From: Desulfobulbus propionicus DSM 2032
GTDB lineage: Bacteria > Desulfobacterota > Desulfobulbia > Desulfobulbales > Desulfobulbaceae
Assembly: GCF_000186885.1 (NCBI RefSeq)
Contig: NC_014972.1
Location: 810,001 to 842,000, forward strand
Length of the DNA: 32,000 nt
Reading direction: 5' to 3'
Part shown: one piece after another, positions 17,806 through 27,420 of the stretch
Layout: each line of letters opens with the position of its first letter
Position numbering within the stretch: position 1 is the first letter of the stretch
The notes under the pieces: generated by a model
What the model was told of the DNA's origin: nothing
The model's input: only the letters and a program-made list of their open reading frames with translations
Databases searched by the model: none
Program-made: the position numbers and the translations under genes

Positions 17806-18765
17806 ATGAATACTCAAGACAAAATAGGTGTTTTGCTGTTGAACCTCGGCGGTCCCGAGCGGCTTGAGGATGTGCGGCCCTTTCTGTTCAATCTGTTTTC
17901 CGATCGGCAGATCATTCGGCTGGGGCCCGCTTTTCTGCAGAAAACCATCGCTCGGATCATTGCCCATCGACGCGCTCCGAAAAGCATGGCCAACTACCAG
18001 CGTATCGGCGGTGGTTCACCCATCCGGCTGAGGACCGAGGAGCAGGCGGCGGCCTTGGAGCGCGCCCTGCAAGGGGACGGCTCCTTTGTGGTCCGGCCGT
18101 GCATGCGCTATTGGCACCCCTTTGCCGATGAGGCGTTGCGGGAGATGGCTGCCGCCAAGGTTGACCGGCTCATCGCCCTGCCGCTCTACCCTCATTACTC
18201 GATCGCCACCACTGGTTCGTCATTGACCGATCTGCGCCGGACTCTCGCTCGCATGGGGCTACGCCTTCCGGTTCGGGAAATTGATTCCTGGCCCATTGAG
18301 CCACAGTACGTTGCCTCCTTGGTCGCGCGGATCAAAGAGGGCGTGGGGGGCTTTGCCGGCCAACCCGTGCAGGTGGTCTACAGCGCCCACAGCCTGCCGG
18401 TGCAGTTCATCCGCGAAGGCGATCCCTATGTGCGTCATCTGGAACAAACGATTCGGGCCGTGGAAGAGGCGACCGGAGTTCCCGGGCGGCTGTGCTACCA
18501 GAGCCGCAGCGGTCCGGTGGAGTGGCTTGGTCCGGCACTGCCTGAGGTGATCGAGGAATTGGCGAAGCAGGGATGCATCAACATGCTGGTGGTGCCGATT
18601 TCTTTTGTTTCCGATCACGTGGAAACACTCTACGAGATCGACATCCAATACCGGGAAATGGCCGAGGGGCTTGGCATCCGGTTCGCCGCTACCAGGGCGC
18701 TCAACGACGATCCCAGTTTTATCGCGGCCCTGCGGTCCCTGGTTCTGGCCAATCTCGCCGTTTGA
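17806..18765 (+). CDS. hemH: ferrochelatase
   Basis: The N-terminus is KIGVLLLNLGGPERLEDVRPFLFNLFSD. Also present are ...LPLYPHYSIATTGSS... and ...FVSDHVETLYEIDI..., the ferrochelatase signatures. Confidence 0.93.
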   Translation: MNTQDKIGVLLLNLGGPERLEDVRPFLFNLFSDRQIIRLGPAFLQKTIARIIAHRRAPKSMANYQRIGGGSPIRLRTEEQAAALERALQGDGSFVVRPCMRYWHPFADEALREMAAAKVDRLIALPLYPHYSIATTGSSLTDLRRTLARMGLRLPVREIDSWPIEPQYVASLVARIKEGVGGFAGQPVQVVYSAHSLPVQFIREGDPYVRHLEQTIRAVEEATGVPGRLCYQSRSGPVEWLGPALPEVIEELAKQGCINMLVVPISFVSDHVETLYEIDIQYREMAEGLGIRFAATRALNDDPSFIAALRSLVLANLAV

Positions 18766-18769
18766 TTGG

Positions 18770-19894
18770 TCAGACGTTGGGCTGGCTGGCGGTCGGGAAG
18801 CTGCGCATGCGCACGTTCATGAGAATGCCGATTGCCACCATATTGGTCAGCAGTGAAGAGCCGCCGTAGCTGAACAGGGGGAGCGGCACGCCGACCACCG
18901 GCAGGAATCCCATGATCATGAACAGGTTGATCACCGCCTGCCAAAAGATCAGCATGATGCAGCCAAAAGCCAGGATCGAGCCGAATTTGTCCTTGGCCGA
19001 CATGGCGATGTTGATGCCCCAGATGAGCATGAAAAAATAGCAGCTCAAAAAAAACAGCGATCCGGCAAATCCCCATTCTTCCGCCCAGACCGAGAAAGCG
19101 AAGTCCGTATGCCGCTCAGGGAGAAAATGGAGATGCCCCTGGGTGCCTTCCATGAATCCCTTGCCGAATACCTTACCGCTACCCACCGCGATTTTCGACT
19201 GCATGATCTGATAACCATGGTTCATGGGATCGCCTTCCGGATTGAGGAAGGTTTCGATCCGTTTTCGTTGGTAGTCTTTCAGGAGAAATTTCCAGCCGAT
19301 AAAGATGCACGCCAGTCCGCTGCCGCTGAGAATGCCGAGGGTGCTCCAGCGCAGGCGGACGAACAGGGTCATGGAGACAAAAATAATGGCGCAGATCAGG
19401 GCGGTCCCCAGATCGGGTTGCAGCATGATCAGCACAAACGGCAGGGCGGTAAGGAACACCGGTTTGATCAGATCGCGCAACCGGTAGCCGCCGGGAACGT
19501 CCATGTGGGCATAGCAGGACGCCAGGACCAGGATGAGTGCCAACTTGGCCGGCTCAGACGGCTGGAGATTGAAAAAACCGAGATCGATCCAGCGCTGGGA
19601 ACCGGCGATGGCCTTGACAAACAGCAGGGTGTAGATGAGCAGCGCCAGGATGATGGCATAGAGCGCATAGCCGAATTTGGCGATCCGCTGATATTCCTGG
19701 GTCAGCACCACCAGAATGAGAACCAGGCCCACCGAGAAAAAGAGCAGCTGTTTGTAGAAAACCGAGGACGCGCCGTTGTCCGCGATATAGGTGGAACTGT
19801 ACAGATTGGTCAGCGCCATCCCCCCCACGAGAAGCAGCATCAAGAGCATGACCCAATCGAAGTGGTGCAGCAAACGTCTGTCAAATTGAAACAT
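18770..19894 (-). CDS. rodA: peptidoglycan glycosyltransferase RodA (SEDS family)
   Basis: This is a 374-aa polytopic membrane protein. It contains PSEPAKLALIL, the FtsW/RodA/SpoVE signature ...LPERHTDFAFS..., and a GVPLPLFSYGGSS C-terminus. It lies directly downstream of mrdA. Confidence 0.9.
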   Translation of the reverse strand: MFQFDRRLLHHFDWVMLLMLLLVGGMALTNLYSSTYIADNGASSVFYKQLLFFSVGLVLILVVLTQEYQRIAKFGYALYAIILALLIYTLLFVKAIAGSQRWIDLGFFNLQPSEPAKLALILVLASCYAHMDVPGGYRLRDLIKPVFLTALPFVLIMLQPDLGTALICAIIFVSMTLFVRLRWSTLGILSGSGLACIFIGWKFLLKDYQRKRIETFLNPEGDPMNHGYQIMQSKIAVGSGKVFGKGFMEGTQGHLHFLPERHTDFAFSVWAEEWGFAGSLFFLSCYFFMLIWGINIAMSAKDKFGSILAFGCIMLIFWQAVINLFMIMGFLPVVGVPLPLFSYGGSSLLTNMVAIGILMNVRMRSFPTASQPNV

Positions 19895-19899
19895 ATCGG

Positions 19900-21981
19900 T
19901 CAGTTGGTCGGTTGATTCGGTTGGCCGCCTTCTTCCTCGGCTTCATCGGGAGGCGGGTCGGTTTCTTCAATCATGTCCTGGGAGAGGATAACCCGATTGC
20001 CGCTTGCCGTGTCCGCCGTGTTTTCCGCCGACCCCTTCAATTTATCCTCGAAATACCTGTTGAGAATTTTGGCGGCGATCGGCGCCGAGGCGGAACCGCC
20101 GTGCAGGCCGTGCTCGACCAGCACGGTAACCACGATTTCCGGGTTGGCTGCCGGGGCAAAGCAGGTAAACCAGGCGTGATCCCGGTATTCATAGGGAATG
20201 TTTTCTTCTTTCAGATGCTTGTACTGGGCAAGCCGCACCACCTGCGCGGTACCGGTCTTGCCGCCGACAATGATCCCATGGGCATCGATCTGCGCCTCCC
20301 GTCCGGTTCCCCGCCGACCGTTGACCGCCTCGATCATGCCCTCGCGCACCAGCTTGAGGTTCCGTCCCTGCCCCGACAGTCGTGAAAGCACCTCTGGCTG
20401 AAAGGAGCTGACCAGCTTGCCGTCCGGGTCCCTGACCTGTTCGACAATCGTCGGTTTGTACAGGGTACCGCCATTGGCGATCACCGAGGTCATCAGGGCG
20501 ATCTGCAACGGAGTGGTCAAGTCATACCCCTGGCCGATGGCGATGGAAAGGGTTTCTCCTTCATGCCATTTGACCCCATAGCGTTTCTTTTTCCATTCCG
20601 AGGTCGGAACAATACCTGCTTTTTCATGCTCCATTTCCACCCCGGTTTTTTCGCCCAGGCCGAACAGCTTGGCGTAGCGCCCCAGTCGATCGACACCCAG
20701 TTTCAGGCCAACCTGGTAAAAATAGACGTCGCAGGATTCCCCCAGTGCCCGGCGTAGACTGACGGTGCCATGGCCACCTTTTTTCCAGCAGCGATAGACG
20801 CGGTTGCCGAAGCGGTAAAAACCGGGGCAGAAAACAGTGGTATCGGGGGTGACAATGCCTTCGGCCAGTCCGGCAAAGGCGGTGACCGGTTTGTAGGTCG
20901 AGCCTGGCGGATACTGCCCCTGGACGACCTTGTTGATCAGCGGATGCAGGGGATTGTCGAGCATCTCCTGCCAGGCCTTCTGCGAGATGCCGCCGACGAA
21001 TTCCTCCAGGTGCAGTTCGGGCGCGCTGGCCAGCACCAGCAGGCGGCCGGTGTTGGCTTCCATGGCCACCACCGCGCCGGCACGATTCTTCGCCGCCATC
21101 TCCTCCTCGGCGATTTTTTGTAGCTCCACATCCAGGGTCAGATGCAGGTCATTGCCCGGCAGCGGCTCGTCCCCTTTGAGGTTCTGCTGTTCAAATCCCA
21201 GGGCGTTGACTTCTTTGTTGTCATGCCCTTTTTCGCCGCGTAGGTCGACCTCACGCAACCGTTCCAACCCCATCTTGCCAATGAGATCGCCGCCCTTGTA
21301 GCGAGTCTTGTCCGCCTTGTCCAGTTCCGCCTTGCTGATCTCGCCCATGTAACCGATCAGATGCGAGGCCAAGTTGCCGAAGTGGTAGATGCGCAGCGGC
21401 ACGACCTCGATTTTGATCTCGGGCAGATACATGCGGTTGTTCTCGATCCTGGCCACGGTTTCCCAGTCGATATCCTCGGCGAGCCGCACCGGCAGATGCC
21501 CCGGGGTTCCGGACATCTTGCGGATTTTTTCCAAGAGCACGGATGGGTCTTCCCTGAGTATCCGGGTCAGATTCTTGAGCCACTCATCATCGATCTTGTT
21601 GTTTTCCCGCATCCAGACAACATTGAACGACGGCCGGTTGGTGACGATTTCCCGCCCCTTGCTGTCGTAAATATTGCCGCGCGGCGCGGCGATTTCCACC
21701 GAGCGCACCCGATTGGAATCGGCCAGGGTGCTGTAGTAGTCGCCTTGTTGAACCTGGAGAAACCAGAGACGGGTGACGATCACCGCAAAGAAAAATATCA
21801 AAATAACAACGGCATAAAGAGCTTTTTTTCTGTAGCCGTTCAGGTCGCTCTCGTCGCGTTGGGTCAGCTTGGTCACGCCGTTGTCCTTGCGGCGCTCGGC
21901 GTCGAGCAGGGGCTCCGCTCTCTTCCGGTTGGATTTCCGGATATTGTTCCCATTGCTGCCTAACAGATCGGCCACACTCAT
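19900..21981 (-). CDS. mrdA: penicillin-binding protein 2 (elongasome transpeptidase)
   Basis: The product has a transmembrane anchor, a PBP dimerisation domain and a transpeptidase domain with the STYKP (SxxK) motif and KTGTA (KTG). It also has a ~50-aa N-terminal extension and an acidic C-terminal tail. Confidence 0.92.
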   Translation of the reverse strand: MSVADLLGSNGNNIRKSNRKRAEPLLDAERRKDNGVTKLTQRDESDLNGYRKKALYAVVILIFFFAVIVTRLWFLQVQQGDYYSTLADSNRVRSVEIAAPRGNIYDSKGREIVTNRPSFNVVWMRENNKIDDEWLKNLTRILREDPSVLLEKIRKMSGTPGHLPVRLAEDIDWETVARIENNRMYLPEIKIEVVPLRIYHFGNLASHLIGYMGEISKAELDKADKTRYKGGDLIGKMGLERLREVDLRGEKGHDNKEVNALGFEQQNLKGDEPLPGNDLHLTLDVELQKIAEEEMAAKNRAGAVVAMEANTGRLLVLASAPELHLEEFVGGISQKAWQEMLDNPLHPLINKVVQGQYPPGSTYKPVTAFAGLAEGIVTPDTTVFCPGFYRFGNRVYRCWKKGGHGTVSLRRALGESCDVYFYQVGLKLGVDRLGRYAKLFGLGEKTGVEMEHEKAGIVPTSEWKKKRYGVKWHEGETLSIAIGQGYDLTTPLQIALMTSVIANGGTLYKPTIVEQVRDPDGKLVSSFQPEVLSRLSGQGRNLKLVREGMIEAVNGRRGTGREAQIDAHGIIVGGKTGTAQVVRLAQYKHLKEENIPYEYRDHAWFTCFAPAANPEIVVTVLVEHGLHGGSASAPIAAKILNRYFEDKLKGSAENTADTASGNRVILSQDMIEETDPPPDEAEEEGGQPNQPTN

Positions 21982-22013
21982 CGCGGATGTTCCTCCTAAC
22001 CCCGGTTTACCCT

Positions 22014-22556
22014 TCAGGCCTTCCGTCTGCGCCGGTTATCGTTGCGCAGCCGGAGCCTGTTCCAGGGGAGATAATTGCGATGCGAGTATTTTTGCACCAG
22101 ATCGAACACATAGAACATCGGAAAGGTCAGGGCGGCGACCAGCAGGGCACGAACCGCCATCCGCCACATGGACCAGGCGACCATCTGGCCAGGCTGAAGC
22201 AGTTCAAGCAGCAGGTAGACCAGCCAGGAGACGACGAGATAGCTGCCGCCGACTAGGGGTATTTGATACAGCGACTCACTGATGGGCAACTTGCCGGCTA
22301 TGGTCCGGATGAGAAAAAAGCCGCTGAAGCAGATCAGGGCATAGGTTCCGAGTACGGTTCCGGAGAACACGTCAAGGACGCAGACCAAGGGAAAAAGGAT
22401 GACCAGACTGCGCAGTACATCGAGCCGATAGGCTAGATAGGCCACCAGAACATAGTACAGATCCGGCGCCAGCAGCCAAACGGGCATGGGCATGAAAATA
22501 GTTGTCTGCAGGATAACCAGCAGCATGCCGACCACAATAAAGTTCGCAACAACCAT
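22014..22556 (-). CDS. mreD: rod shape-determining protein MreD
   Basis: This is a 180-aa multi-pass membrane protein located between mreC and mrdA. Confidence 0.8.
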   Translation of the reverse strand: MVVANFIVVGMLLVILQTTIFMPMPVWLLAPDLYYVLVAYLAYRLDVLRSLVILFPLVCVLDVFSGTVLGTYALICFSGFFLIRTIAGKLPISESLYQIPLVGGSYLVVSWLVYLLLELLQPGQMVAWSMWRMAVRALLVAALTFPMFYVFDLVQKYSHRNYLPWNRLRLRNDNRRRRKA

Positions 22557-22627
22557 TGTCCGTCACTTCCGCATCTTTTCCGAACCCAGCCCCAGACAGG
22601 GTGTTTGGCGAGCCAGCCCAGCCAAGA

Positions 22628-23512
22628 TCAAGGCTGCGCCATCTGCTTGATCTCGATCATGTTCGGCTGATGAAGGATCAGCAGGTTTTCGAGTTTCTGG
22701 TAATCGACCGAGGGGGTCACCTCGATCTCATGAAACATGCCGCGGGGTTTTTTGATGATCTTGGACACCACGCCCACCTGCAACCCGGTGGGGAACACGC
22801 CGCCATATCCGGCGGTGACCACATGATCCCCTTCCTTGACCTCGGCGGTTTTGAGGATGTACTCCAAGCGGTAGGTCAAGGTGCCGTTGCCTTTGAGGAT
22901 ACCGCGCACCCTGGTTTCCTGCAGCAGGACATCGATGGCGCTGGACGGGGCGATGGCCAGCAGCACCTTGGCGTAATTGGGGGTGATGGTGAACACCTGG
23001 CCGACGACACCGTCGTTGTTGACCACCGGGTCGCCCTTCATGATCCCGCTGTTGGAACCTTGATCGATGATCACCGATCGGAACATGGCGGAGGGATCTT
23101 TGCCGATGATCGTCGCCGCCACACTGCTCTGCTCGCCCAGGGTGTTTTTGAACTCCAGCAGTTTGCGCAGACTGGCGTTGGTGGCCATGGCCTCGCGGCT
23201 TTTGTTGAGGAGCTGTTCGTTTTCCTGCAGCTGCTGCACCAGGCGTTTATTTTCCTCGCGCAGGCGCAGGCTGTCCTGGAGAATATCGATGTATTCGCTT
23301 TTAAATTTCTCCACGGATGCACTGCCGATGGCGACAAACTTCTGCAACGGTCCCGCCGCTTCAAGGATCAGCTTGTGCAGCGAGCCAAAATTCTGGCTGC
23401 CCAGGGTGGAGACCAGAAAGATAAACGCCGAGGTCAACAGAAAGCCGGCAAGCAGGACGATACGGAAAAGCCGAAAGTGATCGCTTCGTTTTCTGGAGCT
23501 TTTTTTTCTCAT
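22628..23512 (-). CDS. mreC: rod shape-determining protein MreC
   Basis: The product has an N-terminal anchor, a coiled-coil (LREENKRLVQQLQENEQLL) and an MreC beta-barrel region (GDPVVNNDGVVGQV...GDHVVTAGYGGVFPTGLQVG). Confidence 0.9.
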   Translation of the reverse strand: MRKKSSRKRSDHFRLFRIVLLAGFLLTSAFIFLVSTLGSQNFGSLHKLILEAAGPLQKFVAIGSASVEKFKSEYIDILQDSLRLREENKRLVQQLQENEQLLNKSREAMATNASLRKLLEFKNTLGEQSSVAATIIGKDPSAMFRSVIIDQGSNSGIMKGDPVVNNDGVVGQVFTITPNYAKVLLAIAPSSAIDVLLQETRVRGILKGNGTLTYRLEYILKTAEVKEGDHVVTAGYGGVFPTGLQVGVVSKIIKKPRGMFHEIEVTPSVDYQKLENLLILHQPNMIEIKQMAQP

Positions 23513-23587
23513 GAAGATACGGCGGAAATCAACAATGCACCGGGCGGATGACAGAAGAATACAAACAGACCTTCGGGCGCGCCAGGA

Positions 23588-24655
<1,068 letters not shown>

Positions 24656-24760
24656 TCAGCGCGCTTGATACACAGCGAATGGCAGGAAGGATGCTGGCGG
24701 CTGAGCTGTGAAAAAGAGAAGGATCATCAAAAAGCCCTTTACATTACCAACAGAACCGGT

Positions 24761-24796
24761 GCTTGGCAATCGATATGGGCTTGGCAATCGATATGG
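24761..24796. repeat. perfect 18-bp tandem duplication (GCTTGGCAATCGATATGG x2)
   Basis: Copies at 24761-24778 and 24779-24796 are identical. They lie in the divergent mreB / tRNA-Ala intergenic region, ~30 bp upstream of the tRNA -35 box. Confidence 0.95.
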
Positions 24797-24825
24797 CGGG
24801 GAGACGAAAAAGAATTGAGAAAAAC

Positions 24826-24855
24826 TTGACAGCCACATGGCAAGCATGGTAATTG
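24826..24855 (+). promoter_or_regulatory. sigma-70-type promoter candidate for tRNA-Ala
   Basis: TTGACA (24826-24831), an 18-nt spacer, then TAATTG (24850-24855). The tRNA starts at 24874. Confidence 0.45.
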
Positions 24856-24873
24856 CCATTCCAACAAATGCAT

Positions 24874-24940
<67 letters not shown>

Positions 24941-24949
<9 letters not shown>

Positions 24950-25023
24950 TTACACAGTCCGGCGACATCCGCCGTTGTCCATCAAACCCGCTTCCTTCCT
25001 TAGGAAGCGGGTTTTTTGTTGTC
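24941..25023. repeat. 83-bp direct repeat, left copy (attL-like: tRNA 3' end plus terminator)
   Basis: It matches 27772-27854 at 81/83 positions. The mismatches are at 24986 and 24997. Confidence 0.95.
24987..25018 (+). terminator. rho-independent terminator of tRNA-Ala
   Basis: CCCGCTTCC (24987-24995) pairs with GGAAGCGGG (25003-25011) and is followed by TTTTTT. Confidence 0.85.
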
Positions 25024-25132
25024 CGTCAACGTCCATGGTGATACGCTCAAATCCATGAAATTTGGGGGTAGATTTGGGGGTGTTTTGGCTTACCCCTAAG
25101 CGAGATACCCCCAAAACGTGGAGATTACCGTA

Positions 25133-26075
25133 ATGGCTAAAAAAATAGTACCGTTGACGGATATCAAGATAAAAGCTCTCAAACCCCAGGCCGCCGCCAA
25201 AAAAGTGTTCGATGGAGGTGGTCTTTTCCTGCTTATCACGCCTTGCCGGTGGCAAACTTTGGCACCTGAAATACCGTTTTGGGGGTAGCGAGAAACTACT
25301 TGTCCTAGGCGCCTACCCCCAAACCAGCCTTACAAAGGCACGCCAAAAGCGTGATGAGGCCAAATTGCTGCTTGCTGTCCGCACCGTGGGCGAAAACTTC
25401 ACCCCGGCCAAGTTCAACACCTGGGGCGCAAAGGCCTTGGCCGGGATTGGCCATGCTGCCGACACCATCATGGACCGGTCGGTGGTTCTGGAGCTGCGCC
25501 GCAAGTTACCCCACGAGGAGGTGGACCGGCTCAGGTATGCCGGGCCTGATCTGTTCAGCACCCTGCAAGAGAAACTAACCCGATTCGCTAACGACTACAG
25601 CGAGCAGGTTCGGCGCACGCGACCACCTTTGCCGTCATGCCTGAACGATCGTGCCCAGGACAATTGGGAACCGCTGCTGGCAATTGCCATGGTTGCCGGT
25701 GGCCAGTGGTTGGAAATCGGCACCAGGGCGGCCGTTAAACTGTCCGGCGGCGGAAACCCGGTTGAAACTATCGGCATCGAGCTATTGGCCGATATCAAGG
25801 AAATCTTCGAAATGAATGAGAGGGACAGAATCAGCACCGCCGATCTGATTAGAGCCTTGTGTGATAACGATGAGAAGGCCTGGGCGACCTACAACCGGGG
25901 AAATCCAATCTCTCCACGGCAGCTGGCCAACAAGCTGAAAGGGTATGGCATCACCAGCACCACACTGCGGTTTCGGCATACGGGATTGGCCAAGGGGTAT
26001 GAAAGAAAACAATTCGAGGAGGCCTTTTCCCGGTATATACCCATGGAATATCGTGTTTTATCCGTAACAGCGTAA
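25133..26075 (+). pseudogene. chimeric pseudogene: P4-type integrase N-terminus (DUF4102-like, frameshifted) fused to a DUF3631 C-terminal domain
   Basis: From ATG 25133 the translation is MAKKIVPLTDIKIKALKPQAAAKKVFDGGGLFLLITP. An extra T near 25243-25244 shifts the frame. The integrase-like sequence then continues in the 25212 ORF frame as AGGKLWHLKYRFGGSEKLLVLGAYPQTSLTKARQKRDEAKLLLA. At ~25378 it switches to DUF3631-like sequence (ALAGIG...DRSVVLELRRKLP...DNWEPLLAIAMVAGGQW...KGYERKQFEEAFSRY). The integrase catalytic domain is absent. Confidence 0.75.
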
Positions 26076-26215
26076 CAATCATGAAAAAACATCAAGTTGA
26101 GCCGTAACGCATTCCGTAACATTCCGTAACGTAACGGATTGATTCCGTAACGATTACGAGAAATGCCGAAACGACTGGGCATGATGTTGTTACGGGAAGA
26201 AATAGTGTTACGATA
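26060..26215. repeat. cluster of CCGTAAC / ATTCCGTAAC iteron-like repeats
   Basis: CCGTAAC occurs at 26062, 26102, 26114, 26124 and 26145, and the last three copies are ATTCCGTAAC. The inverted form GTTACGG occurs at 26189 and GTTACG at 26207. The cluster is immediately 3' of the DUF3631 remnant. Confidence 0.85.
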
Positions 26216-26830
26216 CCCGTTCGATGCTCTGGTGGTGATAATGGCCAGGTGACTGGCGTCCCTCTTGTGTTGCTCTTCTTTGCCGGGTGTCGTTGCGTTC
26301 GCTGCTCCTGGAAAAGTCGGGGCCGATTTCTGCAAGGAGAGTGATCAGGTGGGCAGTGGTGCCAGTGATCCGCTTCCGATGCGTTCCTGGTGCCCGTTCG
26401 ATGCTTTGGTGGTGATCGTGGCCAGGTGGTCGCGGTCCCTTGGTGTTGATCTTCTTTGACGGCTCGGTGTGCTACCGCTGTGCCTGGCCAGATCGTGACC
26501 GATTACCTATAAAGAGGAGTGATCAGGTAGGCCGGTGGGTCGGTGATCCGGTCCCCGGTGGTGTGGGCTTGGTGGCGGTGTCGACGTTGTTATGTTGGCT
26601 GTCGGTGTCCGTCGGTGGTTGCATGGCGTGGGTGGTAATCCGCTGCCGGGTACGTCCCCGGTGCCCGTTCGATGCCCTGGCGGTGATCTTTTTTGCCGGC
26701 TGCCATTGTGCCTGGCCAGGTCGTGGCCGATTACCTGCAAAGAGAGTGATCAGGCGGGCCGTTGCTGGTGGTGCTCCGGCCCCCCGCGGTGTGGCCCTCG
26801 GTGGTGTTGACGTTTTTCTCCGTGCTGTAC
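26216..26830. repeat. three degenerate tandem non-coding modules (177, 271 and ~167 bp)
   Basis: Module starts are marked by CCCGTTCGATGCNNTGGNGGTGAT at 26216, 26393 and 26664. Each module contains the TCTTCTTTG...GCCTGGCCAG...CAAAGAGAGTGATCAGG core. The G+T-rich segment GGTGATCCGG..GGTGGTGTGGGCTTGGTGG..GTCGACGTTGTT is present in modules 2 and 3. Modules differ by 94-bp and 33-bp indels. Confidence 0.9.
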
Positions 26831-26831
26831 C

Positions 26832-27164
26832 TTAACAAGCCGCTGCTAGGCTTTCGCTTACCAAGCGGTTCAGGCTCACATTTCTTTCCGCCGCTTTGAT
26901 CGCAAGTGCCCGGTGCGTGTCGGCAGTTACCCGAACCTGGAACTTGCCGCTGAATTTTTTTGTGGCCAGCGGTGCGGGGATCTTCTCGCCATTTTGGGCC
27001 ATATCCGCTGCAACGTCGGCAACTACCTGTCGAATCCCTTTCAAAGCCCCTTCTGGGGTTGAGTCAAGCCAGCTCAGGCTTGGAAACTCAGCGCACAGCC
27101 CCACATGTTCTTGATCTTCTTCAGACCACGTTACCCGGTATGTGTAGTGATCGTGTTCTAGCAT
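26832..27164 (-). CDS. hicB: HicB-family antitoxin (RNase H-like fold N-terminus plus RHH C-terminus)
   Basis: The 110-aa product contains YTYRVTWSEEDQEHVGLCAEFPSLSWLDSTPEGALKGIRQ and FSGKFQVRVTADTHRALAIKAAERNVSLNRLV, typical of HicB with a ribbon-helix-helix tail. Its ATG lies 1 nt after the hicA stop. Confidence 0.85.
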   Translation of the reverse strand: MLEHDHYTYRVTWSEEDQEHVGLCAEFPSLSWLDSTPEGALKGIRQVVADVAADMAQNGEKIPAPLATKKFSGKFQVRVTADTHRALAIKAAERNVSLNRLVSESLAAAC

Positions 27165-27165
27165 G

Positions 27166-27417
27166 TTATTTCTCCTGCTTGTTCAACTTGTCGATGGCTT
27201 TCAACACTTGCCGCACTTGGTAGACTTTGGCCATGCCCTTACTGTCTTGAATGTTCACGCGGGGGTCCCCGATCCAAGGCGTTTTGTATATCCGGTGACT
27301 TGTCCCCATTTGCCGGGCTTCTCCGAAATAATACTCACACACCTTGCACAAATCCGAGAATTTGACGTTGGTGTGGTTGTTCCGAATACTTTGAACAAGT
27401 TGGTCTATTCTATCCAT
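27166..27417 (-). CDS. hicA: HicA-family mRNA interferase toxin
   Basis: The 83-aa product contains ...FSDLCKVCEYYFGEARQMGTSHRIYKTPWIGDPRVNIQDSKGMAKVYQVRQVLKAI, the HicA/YcfA pattern (GSH...IQ..GKAK.YQV). It is paired with hicB. Confidence 0.75.
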   Translation of the reverse strand: MDRIDQLVQSIRNNHTNVKFSDLCKVCEYYFGEARQMGTSHRIYKTPWIGDPRVNIQDSKGMAKVYQVRQVLKAIDKLNKQEK

Positions 27418-27420
27418 GTC

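Noticed and set aside
24656-24859. A 67-aa ORF with a PYRLPSPYRLPS repeat.
   Set aside because: The repeat is the translation of the 18-bp tandem DNA duplication in an intergenic promoter region. The ORF overlaps the tRNA promoter and has no ribosome-binding site.
26764-26771. An E. coli-type Chi octamer GCTGGTGG and related GGTGG-rich strings in the modules.
   Set aside because: There is a single exact occurrence in a G+T-rich repeat. The Chi sequence is lineage-specific and unknown for this organism, so nothing can be concluded.
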